Shown: positions 41,553 through 49,777, counted from the stretch's first letter. The stretch: DNA of 64,000 bases from Alphaproteobacteria bacterium (GCA_051648545.1 JBOFFI010000044.1:5797-69796); one strand, 5' to 3'. A program made the numbers and translations. The notes: a model not told the origin generated them from the letters alone.

Positions 41553-42257
41553 TTGCCCAAAAAACAGAAACAGGCTCTTTGCACGGAGGGATTAAACACT
41601 CTTTTTTGGGGCCGTTTAGTTCACAGGCGCTTTTTTCACCTGGTGAATAATCAAGAAATAATTTATTCCAAAAAATCTGCTGGGGCTCCCCGTGTATTTC
41701 TAGAGATTGGTGCGGTGACGCCCCCTGGGGTGCCTCCTGGTTTTGAGGGATTTTTGCGCAACCCCGAAGATTTTCATGTGATTGGGTTGTTGCCGGGGGT
41801 GGCACTAGGTGCCGTTGTTTTTCTGGACACAGCCGTCGTTGCACTGGAGCCTCCCCACATACCTTTTGCTGCGGCGTTTGATGTGATCTTGTTCCATGGC
41901 GGAATTCCCTTAGGAGAAACCATCATCGAGCTTCAAGATTGGATTCGCATGTTGCTGGGGTGCCTTAAGCCTGGAGGGCGGTTTTACTTTAACACCCCAG
42001 GAAGCTATCATTTGTTTGAGCATCAAGGTCAGCCTGGCCCACATGCCTCACACACACCTCTTTCAACGCCTTATACAACCTGGTTTCCAGAGCCTGCTGC
42101 TGCTCATGTTTTTGAAGAATGGCATCACGTTCCTTCTGCTTGGTTAGACAAGGCAAGCCAAGCACCTCAGCAAGGGGCAACAACGCTGTCTGGCATGACG
42201 TTCCACGTGGTGATGGGCAACTACCAAAAGTCCTACGATTTTTCAGAAGAAGAATAG
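41553..42257 (+). CDS. class I SAM-methyltransferase-like protein, degenerate motifs
   Basis: 234-aa ORF with a TTG start. It has weak methyltransferase-fold signatures (VFLEIGAVTP in place of a GxGxG motif, FDVILFHG, LKPGGRFYF). Coding status and family are both uncertain. Confidence 0.35.
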   Translation: MPKKQKQALCTEGLNTLFWGRLVHRRFFHLVNNQEIIYSKKSAGAPRVFLEIGAVTPPGVPPGFEGFLRNPEDFHVIGLLPGVALGAVVFLDTAVVALEPPHIPFAAAFDVILFHGGIPLGETIIELQDWIRMLLGCLKPGGRFYFNTPGSYHLFEHQGQPGPHASHTPLSTPYTTWFPEPAAAHVFEEWHHVPSAWLDKASQAPQQGATTLSGMTFHVVMGNYQKSYDFSEEE

Positions 42258-42360
42258 GCTTAAATTTCCACTATCTCAAACTCTAATAAAAAATTAAAGT
42301 TTTCTGGTTATTCTGTGAGTTGTGATGAATTAATACGAAAACGTAATATTAGAGAATTTG

Positions 42361-44139
42361 ATGAATCCCTTGCGTCCAGAAGAAGTCTTTCATTTTTGGC
42401 CACGCATGGTGCAAAAAGCTGCAGATCAAGCCTCTCTGGCTTTTTCTAGTTTCGTTGAAACCAGCTCTCAAGCGGCTTCTTCACCGTTTAGCCCCTTTTC
42501 CATGGGAAAACTTTTTTCTGAAGCCATGGAGCATCTGGCCCAAAATCCGGCGACTGCTTTGAAAGCTCAAGAAAATTTAGCTTCTGAATTTTATGACCTG
42601 TGGATCCACACGTTAGCGCAAATGCAAACAGGGCAGGTTGCATCTGTTATTGAGCCAGAAAAAACAGATAAACGGTTCAACCACCCCAAGTGGAACGAAG
42701 ATCCTTTTTTTAATTTTATCAAACAAAGCTATTTGCTGACATCTAAGTGGCTTTTATTTATAGCAGACAACGTACCTGAGCTGGATGAAAAACAGCGCCA
42801 CAAAGTTTCTTTTTATACCAAACAGATCTTAGACGCGGTTTCTCCGTCTAATTTTCCTTTGACGAACCCCAAAGTCATTGAAAAAATTATTGAAACCAAG
42901 GGAGAAAATTTAGTCAAAGGGTTTGAAAATTTTATGGAAGACCTCAAGCGTGGCAACGGCCAGCTTGCCATCTCCATGACCCAGCCGGATGCTTTTGAAC
43001 TGGGGTTTGATCTTGCGACAACCCCTGGGCAGGTGGTGTTTCAAAATCCTTTGTTTCAGTTGATCCAATACCACCCCACCACAGAAAAAGTTTTAAAAAC
43101 ACCGCTGCTGATTATCCCGCCGTGGATCAATAAATATTACATCTTTGATTTACGGCCTAAAAACTCCTTCGTGAAATGGGCGGTAGATCAGGGGCACACT
43201 GTTTTCATGATTTCCTGGGTAAATCCAGACAAAAGCTTGGCTCAAAAAACTTTTGAAGACTATATGCTGGAAGGATTGGGCCAAGCTTTGAGCGTGGTTC
43301 GGGCGATCACATCTGAGCCTAAGGTTAATTTGGTGGGATATTGTTTAGGCGGAAATTTATTGTCGTGTTTCTTATCCTACCTGGCGTCTAAAAACCGGGA
43401 TGAGGTGCTCACTGCAACCTACCTGGCAACGTTAATCGATTTTTCCAGAGCAGGAGATTTAAGCGTCTTCATTGATGAAGAACAGCTTCGAACCCTTGAA
43501 TCTAAAATGGCAGAAAAAGGCTATTTAGAGGGAAGATCCATGGCGGTTACGTTTAACCTCCTTCGGGCAAATGACCTCATCTGGTCGTTTTTTATCAACA
43601 ACTACCTCCTTGGGCAAGAGCCTTTCCCGTTGGATTTTTTATATTGGAATGCAGATTCAACCCGTATGCCAGCAGCGATGCATAGCTATTATCTGCGAAA
43701 TATGTTTCAAAAAAACCTTCTTCGAAAAGCGGGTGGTTTAAATCTAGGTGGGGTTTCCATCGACCTGCGGCAAATTAAAGCGCCCAGTTTTATTATCGCA
43801 ACCCGGGAGGATCATATTGCGCCGTGGCGGTGTTGCTATGCAGGTTCTCAGCTCTATGGAGGCGATAAAGAATTTGTGTTGGCCACGTCGGGCCACGTGG
43901 CGGGTGTGATCAACCCAGCTGATTCTGGAAAATATAGTTACCTGACGAATCCAAGCGTTGAAAAAGACCCTTTGGACTGGTTGAAAAAAGCTAAAGAAAA
44001 CCAAGGATCTTGGTGGCCTTATTGGCAAAAATGGGTTCAGCGCTATGCTAAAGAAACAGTCCCCGCTCGCAAAATTAACCACCCGAAATTTCCAAGCCTT
44101 GAAGATGCGCCTGGGTCTTATGTGCGGGTTAAGGGTTAA
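42361..44139 (+). CDS. phaC: class I poly(R)-hydroxyalkanoate synthase
   Basis: About 592-aa ORF with the lipase-box GYCLGG, PLLIIPPWINKYYIFDL and ATREDHIAPW blocks typical of PhaC. Confidence 0.9.
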   Translation: MNPLRPEEVFHFWPRMVQKAADQASLAFSSFVETSSQAASSPFSPFSMGKLFSEAMEHLAQNPATALKAQENLASEFYDLWIHTLAQMQTGQVASVIEPEKTDKRFNHPKWNEDPFFNFIKQSYLLTSKWLLFIADNVPELDEKQRHKVSFYTKQILDAVSPSNFPLTNPKVIEKIIETKGENLVKGFENFMEDLKRGNGQLAISMTQPDAFELGFDLATTPGQVVFQNPLFQLIQYHPTTEKVLKTPLLIIPPWINKYYIFDLRPKNSFVKWAVDQGHTVFMISWVNPDKSLAQKTFEDYMLEGLGQALSVVRAITSEPKVNLVGYCLGGNLLSCFLSYLASKNRDEVLTATYLATLIDFSRAGDLSVFIDEEQLRTLESKMAEKGYLEGRSMAVTFNLLRANDLIWSFFINNYLLGQEPFPLDFLYWNADSTRMPAAMHSYYLRNMFQKNLLRKAGGLNLGGVSIDLRQIKAPSFIIATREDHIAPWRCCYAGSQLYGGDKEFVLATSGHVAGVINPADSGKYSYLTNPSVEKDPLDWLKKAKENQGSWWPYWQKWVQRYAKETVPARKINHPKFPSLEDAPGSYVRVKG

Positions 44140-44176
44140 GGTTGACGGCAGGTGAAGCATCAACCGCTGTTTTTTT
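44140..44176 (+). terminator. weak terminator candidate after phaC
   Basis: GGTTGA ... TCAACC 6-bp stem with a 14-nt loop, then GCTG and T7. Confidence 0.35.
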
Positions 44177-44180
44177 AGAT

Positions 44181-44239
44181 TTAACCGCTTGGCGAAAATC
44201 TTGAAGATTTGCCATCTTGAATGGATAGCTCTTACTGTC
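44181..44239 (+). repeat. 59-bp direct repeat, copy R1 (flanks Fic gene)
   Basis: TTAACCGCTTGGCGAAAATCTTGAAGATTTGCCATCTTGAATGGATAGCTCTTACTGTC. It matches 45690-45748 at 54 of 59 positions by hand alignment and contains the palindrome AAATCTT-G-AAGATTT. Confidence 0.85.
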
Positions 44240-44304
44240 TTGAAGCAGGCAGTAAGGGCTATTCATTGTGGAACTCCAAAGAGATCCGCATCATGTTTTC
44301 CGGG

Positions 44305-44327
44305 TTATGTACCATTTTATGTACCAT
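44305..44327 (+). repeat. tandem direct repeat 2 x TTATGTACCAT
   Basis: TTATGTACCAT-T-TTATGTACCAT, in the non-coding stretch between R1 and the Fic stop. Confidence 0.8.
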
Positions 44328-44456
44328 GTTGTGTGGACACCCCATATCGTCGTAAAGTATGTGTTGAGCTTTACAGAAGTGTTTTGAGGAATATTGTCGA
44401 ACAAATTGGTTGTGACTATAATGTTGATATATCACTTTTTTGGGGGGGCATTATAC

Positions 44457-45599
44457 TCAAAAGATTAATTGGTATCTGCTGGAGGGGCCAGCTCCCAAAC
44501 GCTGTAAAAAACCAGTTTTTACCAAACGAACCAAGGCATTTTGCACGCTCCGCCGAGCAAGACCTGTTTCCTGAACAAGCTCAAAGAGGCCGAGACGCTT
44601 TTCGGGAGAGGATTTAAAGCAAGCCAATACCTTATGAGCTCCCTCAGATAACCTTATCATTGCTGCATAACGCTTACGAAGCAATTTGACATCGTCAAGC
44701 GCATTTTGAGTCATTTTAAGGAAGAACCAAGCTAATGGTTCAAGATTATAGTCCTCTAGATTGCTACGGTAATACCCACCTGACACATGACGTAGGGCGG
44801 AATAATAAAGAGGGCGATTGCGTTCAATCTGCCGATCTATAGATATAAAGCGGACAACTTGCTTTAGAGCAGGATCATCTCCTTGCATCAAAGAAAGTAA
44901 GAACAAGGCGCGGCCTATACGACCGTTCCCATCTTGAAAAGGGTGAATTGCAAGAAAACGGAAGACAAACTCGGTTGCAACTAAAAGCGTCCACGGATAT
45001 TCCTGTATGATGCCGTTATACCACCCGATCAGGTCTCTCATTGCCGTTTCTGTGAGAGGGCCCGGCGGTGTGGGCTCAAGAACAGTTTGACGCTCTCCTG
45101 TTTCATGATTGACTGAAACAACTTGATTGGGGTTTGGTTTATAACACCCTGCGTAAGTTGAGGCCTTAGGGTAATAACTCAGAAGTATGTTGTGCATGCC
45201 TCGAATCATGATTTCTGTGAGAGGAAAAAAATCATCCGTTTGAATATAAATAAGGCTCAAAACTTCCCGGCACCCCACCACTTCCTCAATGCTACGCTCA
45301 CGATCTTTCGATAATTTATTCAGAATAAGGCTTCGTTTCGCTTGATATGCTGTCGTTTTACCATCTTGGGTTAAAGTTGTATCGACCCACTCTATTTCCG
45401 CATCCGTCAGAGCTGCATTTTCAATACGTGTTGAGGCTCCAATAGTGCTAATTAAAATGAACTTATGTAACCAGGACTTCTCCCCCTCGTCCATAGTCGA
45501 TAGCTCGTGTGTGAGAAGAACGATATCAGCTTGGAGCGACTTGAGGGCCTTTTCCAACTTAAGGGATGGCGAAAATGATAACATTTTAACGACCTTCAT
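44457..45599 (-). CDS. Fic family protein (class II, N-terminal autoinhibitory helix; C-terminal winged-helix-like domain)
   Basis: Canonical Fic motif HPFQDGNGRIGR, inhibitory-helix motif STRIEN ([ST]xxxE[GN]) about 140 aa upstream, and a C-terminal LFELVQETGLARRSVQNALVRLVKTGFL HTH-like segment. Confidence 0.9.
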   Translation of the reverse strand: MKVVKMLSFSPSLKLEKALKSLQADIVLLTHELSTMDEGEKSWLHKFILISTIGASTRIENAALTDAEIEWVDTTLTQDGKTTAYQAKRSLILNKLSKDRERSIEEVVGCREVLSLIYIQTDDFFPLTEIMIRGMHNILLSYYPKASTYAGCYKPNPNQVVSVNHETGERQTVLEPTPPGPLTETAMRDLIGWYNGIIQEYPWTLLVATEFVFRFLAIHPFQDGNGRIGRALFLLSLMQGDDPALKQVVRFISIDRQIERNRPLYYSALRHVSGGYYRSNLEDYNLEPLAWFFLKMTQNALDDVKLLRKRYAAMIRLSEGAHKVLACFKSSPEKRLGLFELVQETGLARRSVQNALVRLVKTGFLQRLGAGPSSRYQLIF

Positions 45600-45616
45600 T
45601 CAAAATATTAGCAATG

Positions 45617-45625
45617 ATCATACCA
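45617..45625 (-). promoter_or_regulatory. extended -10 promoter candidate for the Fic gene
   Basis: The minus strand reads TGGTATGAT (TGn + TATGAT) about 18-26 nt upstream of the Fic ATG. There is no good -35. Prediction by eye only. Confidence 0.25.
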
Positions 45626-45689
45626 CATAGAACCTTATTGCACTAGAAAAACGTGAATATTTTAGTTCAATGTGGTTCCAGCACCTTTT

Positions 45690-45748
45690 TTAACCGCTTG
45701 GCGAAAATCTTAGAGATTTGCCATTATGAATGGATAGTTCTTACTGTC
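45690..45748 (+). repeat. 59-bp direct repeat, copy R2 (flanks Fic gene)
   Basis: TTAACCGCTTGGCGAAAATCTTAGAGATTTGCCATTATGAATGGATAGTTCTTACTGTC. The palindrome is retained as AAATCT-TAG-AGATTT. Confidence 0.85.
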
Positions 45749-45782
45749 ATTTTATGGAAACCACTGGATTTTATGGAAACCA
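45749..45782 (+). repeat. tandem direct repeat 2 x ATTTTATGGAAACCA
   Basis: ATTTTATGGAAACCA-CTGG-ATTTTATGGAAACCA, immediately abutting R2. Confidence 0.8.
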
Positions 45783-45867
45783 TCGGCAATACAAACGAAG
45801 AAACATTAGAAAATGTGTTCAAAACCAGTTGCTCGAAATGGATAAAGCCGAAAAAAAAGCTCTACAG

Positions 45868-46707
45868 CTAAAGCTCTTGGGTCTCTTCTAAAACTCGGCC
45901 GCTTGCAGCTGAACTCCCTTTATCGTGATGGTGAATTTTTTCAAGAAATTCAATAACTTCCTGGTGCCGTATATTTTCATGGGCATCGTGCTTTTCTTTC
46001 AAAGACTCGGCAAATCCATCAACTAAAACGCTCACAAATAAATTCATGATGATGAACCCAGAGATGACCATAAAAAAAATGAAAAAGAAGGGCGCATAGG
46101 GGTGATGGGGTGAAACAGCCTCCACCGTATCGCCCAGGTTGTCTGCGACCATGGTTCGAAAAAGGGTTAGAAAAGAATCTGCAAGGCTTCCAAAGATCTC
46201 CGGATTCGTTTTGGAGAAAAGTTCATAGGCGATGAGAGACGTCGAATAAAGCACAATAAAGAGAAGGAAGATAACGCTTAAAAGAGATTTGTGGGAGCGC
46301 TGCATAATTTTGACGATGCGATGCAACGATGTGTGGGTGAAAAAATCGTAATACAGCAAAAAAAACAGAAAGATCCGCACCAGGGAGAAAAATTGAAAAG
46401 GTTGGATCAAAACCCCTAGGGAGATGATGAAATCAGCCAGCAGAAGAAAAAGCGTGAAGAGAAGAAATAGCTCTGATTTCAACTTGGCTTTTTTGATGTT
46501 CAGGGTATGGAAAGCCAACCCGAAGCAATATAGAATGAGGATCCCTAGTAAACAGAGATCGGCTAGGTAGATGGGTTGTTGAAATCGCAGATAATACGGA
46601 GAATGCGTGATTTCTAGGCCAACGATTAGAAGGCTCGCTAGTAAAACAGCAAAGATAAACCGATGTGTAAATCGGTGCAAAATGCTTTTAGAAACGGCGT
46701 TGAGCAT
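45868..46707 (-). CDS. ion transport family protein (BacNaV/NaChBac-like 6-TM channel, divergent)
   Basis: The pore-S6 region FGSLADSFLTLFRTMVADNLGDTVEAVSPHHPYAPFFFIFFMVISGFIIMNLFVSVLVDGF aligns by eye to NaChBac/NavAb [21 protein letters not shown]...INLVVA. The C-terminal tail is charged and helical. Confidence 0.7.
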   Translation of the reverse strand: MLNAVSKSILHRFTHRFIFAVLLASLLIVGLEITHSPYYLRFQQPIYLADLCLLGILILYCFGLAFHTLNIKKAKLKSELFLLFTLFLLLADFIISLGVLIQPFQFFSLVRIFLFFLLYYDFFTHTSLHRIVKIMQRSHKSLLSVIFLLFIVLYSTSLIAYELFSKTNPEIFGSLADSFLTLFRTMVADNLGDTVEAVSPHHPYAPFFFIFFMVISGFIIMNLFVSVLVDGFAESLKEKHDAHENIRHQEVIEFLEKIHHHDKGSSAASGRVLEETQEL

Positions 46708-46762
46708 GTCTAAAAATTCCCCTTATTTCTTTAATGCATTGTAAATAAAGAATAAATTTTAA

Positions 46763-47911
46763 TCAAGCCTTGGAAAGCAGCTCAGCTGTTGCATCTTGGA
46801 AAGGAAGGGGAGCTTGTAGGTGTTGCATCACGTCTTCCAACCCTTCTTTTTGTTTTTTCAACTCTTGTGGTTTTTGAAAAAGCTTCAACAGCTCAAGGCT
46901 CAGCTGGGTGGGATTACAATCTCCCTGCAAGCATTCGGGCACCAAGGGCCTTTGAGCGATGATATTGACCAAGCTTACGTAAGGCACGTGAATGAGCCTT
47001 TTGGCTAGCTGCTCCACCGTCCAGGAAACTTTGTAGGCCACAACCATGGGGGTTTGGTGATAGGCCAGCTCGAGGGTGACGGTTCCAGAAGCAGCGAGGG
47101 CTGCGGTAGAAGCAGCCATGGCGTGGCAGTGATCTTCTGGATTCGGTAAGATGAAGGGGGGTGTTTCAAATAAAGGTAAGAGGGCTTGGAGCATAGGCTC
47201 CAGCTTGGGTAGGGTGGGTAATATTACCTTAAGGTTGGGAATAGCCTGCTGAATACGGCGAATGGTTTCGGCAAACACGGGGACAAGCCTTTGGATTTCT
47301 TTGGTCCTGCTGCCTGGTAAGAGACACAACAGGGGATCTTGGGGCGACAAACCTGTTTGTTGAAAAAAGCGCTCAGCTGAGCCTTTTGGCTCTTGAAGGA
47401 GGGGATGCCCCACAAAGGTGCACGGCAGGCCAACTTCTTGGAAATAAGGCGGTTCAAAGGGGAACAACACCATAAGGTGGTCTAAAAAATCAGCGATCTT
47501 CTTGGCCCGCCCGGGGCGCCACGCCCAGACGCTGGGGGCCACACAATGCACGAGCTTGGTGGAAGAAGCGTATCCTCGAACTCTGCCTTTTGCGACGGCT
47601 TTGGAGACCCTGAAGCAAAATTCAGGAGCGTCGATGGTTAAAAGAATGTCTGGTTGAAGCTGTTGCACATGGTGGACGGTTTGCCGAATGCGTTGCATCA
47701 GGTGAAACAGATGGGGAAGGATATCCAAACCCATGTGGGACAGTTCTTGAAAAGGAAACAGAGACGTGAAGTTGCCTGCTTTTTCCATCCCTGGGCCGCC
47801 GATGCCTGAAAAGGAAAGCCCTTGGCCAGAAAAGCGTTTTTGCAATCCCCGTATCAGGTGAACCCCTAAGCGATCTCCAGATGCCTCCCCTGCGATTAAA
47901 ACGATATGCAT
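46763..47911 (-). CDS. lpxB: lipid-A-disaccharide synthase
   Basis: N-terminus MHIVLIAGEASGDRLG and a length of 382 aa. Follows lpxI. Confidence 0.92.
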   Translation of the reverse strand: MHIVLIAGEASGDRLGVHLIRGLQKRFSGQGLSFSGIGGPGMEKAGNFTSLFPFQELSHMGLDILPHLFHLMQRIRQTVHHVQQLQPDILLTIDAPEFCFRVSKAVAKGRVRGYASSTKLVHCVAPSVWAWRPGRAKKIADFLDHLMVLFPFEPPYFQEVGLPCTFVGHPLLQEPKGSAERFFQQTGLSPQDPLLCLLPGSRTKEIQRLVPVFAETIRRIQQAIPNLKVILPTLPKLEPMLQALLPLFETPPFILPNPEDHCHAMAASTAALAASGTVTLELAYHQTPMVVAYKVSWTVEQLAKRLIHVPYVSLVNIIAQRPLVPECLQGDCNPTQLSLELLKLFQKPQELKKQKEGLEDVMQHLQAPLPFQDATAELLSKA

Positions 47912-48745
47912 TTATTTTTCTTCTTCTTCCCAAGGCATCGTTATGCCGAAGAGGAAAAGGCCGTGCGCATCAGCTTGTTGCTTTAAGCCTTCAGCGTCAA
48001 TCAAAAGGGTTTTTGAGGCCTCAAACCCAAGACCAGCCATGTTTGCCTGGATTAAAAGTTCTAAAGTTTTTGGTCCCAGGGTTGGCAGATCCGCGCGTTC
48101 ATCTTGGTTTTGTTTCGCCAGTTTAACCAGCACCGCAGGCTCCCCAGGTTTTTGAAGGTCGGCGCACCTTAAAATTAACTGATCTGTTCCCTCTGCAGCT
48201 TCGATCCCCAACACCACCCCCTGTTGAACGATAACAGCTTGACCAATATCCAAGGGCGAAAGGGTTTTTAAAACCTGAATTCCCCATGTAATATCTGCCT
48301 GGGCTTGGGCGGAGGGTAAAATCTGCCCGAGGGGGCCTGGGGGGTGCTGAAGGGAGGTCAAAAACTCTTGAACCCCCAAAACGGTTATTCCTTCTCGGGT
48401 AAGCTCTTCCAAAATAAGGCGTAAAAGGGAATCATCCCCCAGAGCTCCCATGCCAATACGAGCCAAAAACCGCGCACCGCGCCAATCTGCTTTGATATCT
48501 CCCAGGGAAGGTCGTTGAAATTTTCCAGCCAAGACAAGTTTAGAAATATGTCTGGTTTTCAGAGCATCTAGGCTTTTTCCAAGTTCTCCCAAGGAAAGCC
48601 AGAGGTGGTCAACCCCTGTCACGGTTTCTGCGGGGGTTTGCCCCTTATAAGCCAAGACGAAAAAAGGCTGCTGTCTTGCCCGGCAAGCCTCCATCAGCAA
48701 AACAGGCAGTTGCCCCTGACCTGCAATGATTCCAAGCATTTCCAT
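47912..48745 (-). CDS. lpxI: UDP-2,3-diacylglucosamine diphosphatase LpxI (DUF1009)
   Basis: LGIIAGQGQLPVLL N-terminus and DIGQAVIVQQGVVLGIEAAEGTD block. Conserved position between lpxA and lpxB in alphaproteobacteria. Confidence 0.85.
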   Translation of the reverse strand: MEMLGIIAGQGQLPVLLMEACRARQQPFFVLAYKGQTPAETVTGVDHLWLSLGELGKSLDALKTRHISKLVLAGKFQRPSLGDIKADWRGARFLARIGMGALGDDSLLRLILEELTREGITVLGVQEFLTSLQHPPGPLGQILPSAQAQADITWGIQVLKTLSPLDIGQAVIVQQGVVLGIEAAEGTDQLILRCADLQKPGEPAVLVKLAKQNQDERADLPTLGPKTLELLIQANMAGLGFEASKTLLIDAEGLKQQADAHGLFLFGITMPWEEEEK

Positions 48746-48763
48746 GAACCGTGTTGCTACCCT

Positions 48764-49576
48764 CTACCGTTTGTTTTTCCCAAGGCGATAGCTGCACAAA
48801 GGGCGGGAAGCCTCAGCCTCAATAAAATGAATCAGCTCTTGGACCGCAGCAAGGGTTTTGAGGGCAGGTGAGAGTGTTTTCAAGCGTTCAGACATGGCAC
48901 CACTTTCTTCAACAAAGAGCACCCGAAACGCCTCACGCAACCCATGGATTTCATCTTTAGGAACATTTCTTCGCTTGAGCCCCACCAGGTTAAGCCCCCC
49001 CAGGTAAGCCCGCTTGGTCTCAACAGAGCCATAGGGGATGACATCTTCTGCAACCCCTGCCGTGCCGCCAATCATCGCATAAGAGCCAATCCGGACAAAT
49101 TGATGAACCGCTGCAAGCCCCCCAATGACCACATAGTCTCCCACGGTGACGTGTCCCCCTAAGGTAGCGTTGTTTGCCATAATCACATGGTTTCCAATGA
49201 CGCAATCATGGGCCACGTGGCTTCCTGCCATGAATAAACCGTGGTTACCCACAACGGTTTTCATGTTACCGGATGCTGTGCCCGGTTGCATGGTGACATA
49301 TTCCCGGATTTTGTTGTGGGAGCCGATCTCCAAAGTGGAGGGCTCTCCTTGATATTTCAAATCTTGGGGTGCATGGCCAAGGGATGCAAAGGGATAGACG
49401 GTAGTGTTAGCTCCCAGGGTTGTTCGCCCTGTGACCACCACATGGGAAAAAAGCTCGACATCATCGCCCAAGGTAACGTGAGCACCAACACAGCTGTAGG
49501 GGCCAATCTTAACGCGAGAGCCCAGCTGGGCCCCTGGCTCAACGATGGCTGTTGGGTGAATCAAAGACATGTTCAA
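48764..49576 (-). CDS. lpxA: acyl-ACP--UDP-GlcNAc O-acyltransferase
   Basis: 270-aa hexapeptide-repeat protein beginning SLIHPTAIVEPGAQLG, with a typical helical C-terminal domain. Confidence 0.93.
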   Translation of the reverse strand: MNMSLIHPTAIVEPGAQLGSRVKIGPYSCVGAHVTLGDDVELFSHVVVTGRTTLGANTTVYPFASLGHAPQDLKYQGEPSTLEIGSHNKIREYVTMQPGTASGNMKTVVGNHGLFMAGSHVAHDCVIGNHVIMANNATLGGHVTVGDYVVIGGLAAVHQFVRIGSYAMIGGTAGVAEDVIPYGSVETKRAYLGGLNLVGLKRRNVPKDEIHGLREAFRVLFVEESGAMSERLKTLSPALKTLAAVQELIHFIEAEASRPLCSYRLGKNKR

Positions 49577-49665
49577 TGCTTCCAGAACTTTTACTTAACT
49601 TATAAATTATAGAGCGCGTCTTGTAAGAGACATTCCCACCTTTTTCTGCCATTACAGCTTCTCTC

Positions 49666-49777
49666 TTTGTCATTCCCACGGAGGCGGGAATACAGGGAAA
49701 AGCTATCAACATGACGCTTCAGTAGAAGCAGCAGAGTTTAGGATTGTCTAGATTTCCGCCTCCGCGGAAATGACAAA
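49666..49777. mobile_element. 112-bp MITE-like element with 27-bp terminal inverted repeats, each arm a hairpin
   Basis: Left arm TTTGTCATTCCCACGGAGGCGGGAATA (49666-49692). The right arm, read on the opposite strand, is TTTGTCATTTCCGCGGAGGCGGAAATC (49777-49751). They match at 23/27 positions and each arm folds as an 8-bp stem with a tetraloop. Confidence 0.6.

Noticed and set aside
41515-41844. 109-aa minus-strand ORF overlapping the infC end and the methyltransferase-like ORF.
   Set aside because: It is shorter than the plus-strand alternative, overlaps the infC stop region, and has Pro/Gln-rich low-complexity sequence.
44181-44239. Integron attC (59-base element) interpretation of the 59-bp repeats.
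   Set aside because: R1 is preceded by ATTTAAC, which fits RYYYAAC. However, there is no matching GTTRRRY core at the other end, no extended imperfect dyad across the whole element, and no intI in the window. R2 also lacks the purine at the first position.
44189-44617. 142-aa plus-strand ORF starting inside repeat R1 and overlapping the Fic 3' end, and the 72-aa ORF at 45653-45871 containing R2.
   Set aside because: Both exist only because the repeat happens to be open in that frame. The substitutions between R1 and R2 are mostly non-synonymous in that frame. The first ORF runs antisense into Fic, and I recognised no family.
49666-49777. Identity with Neisseria dRS3/NIME repeats (ATTCCC-N8-GGGAAT).
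   Set aside because: The left hairpin fits the ATTCCC-N8-GGGAAT pattern. That is a very short pattern in an unrelated lineage, so I treat it as a similarity of form only.
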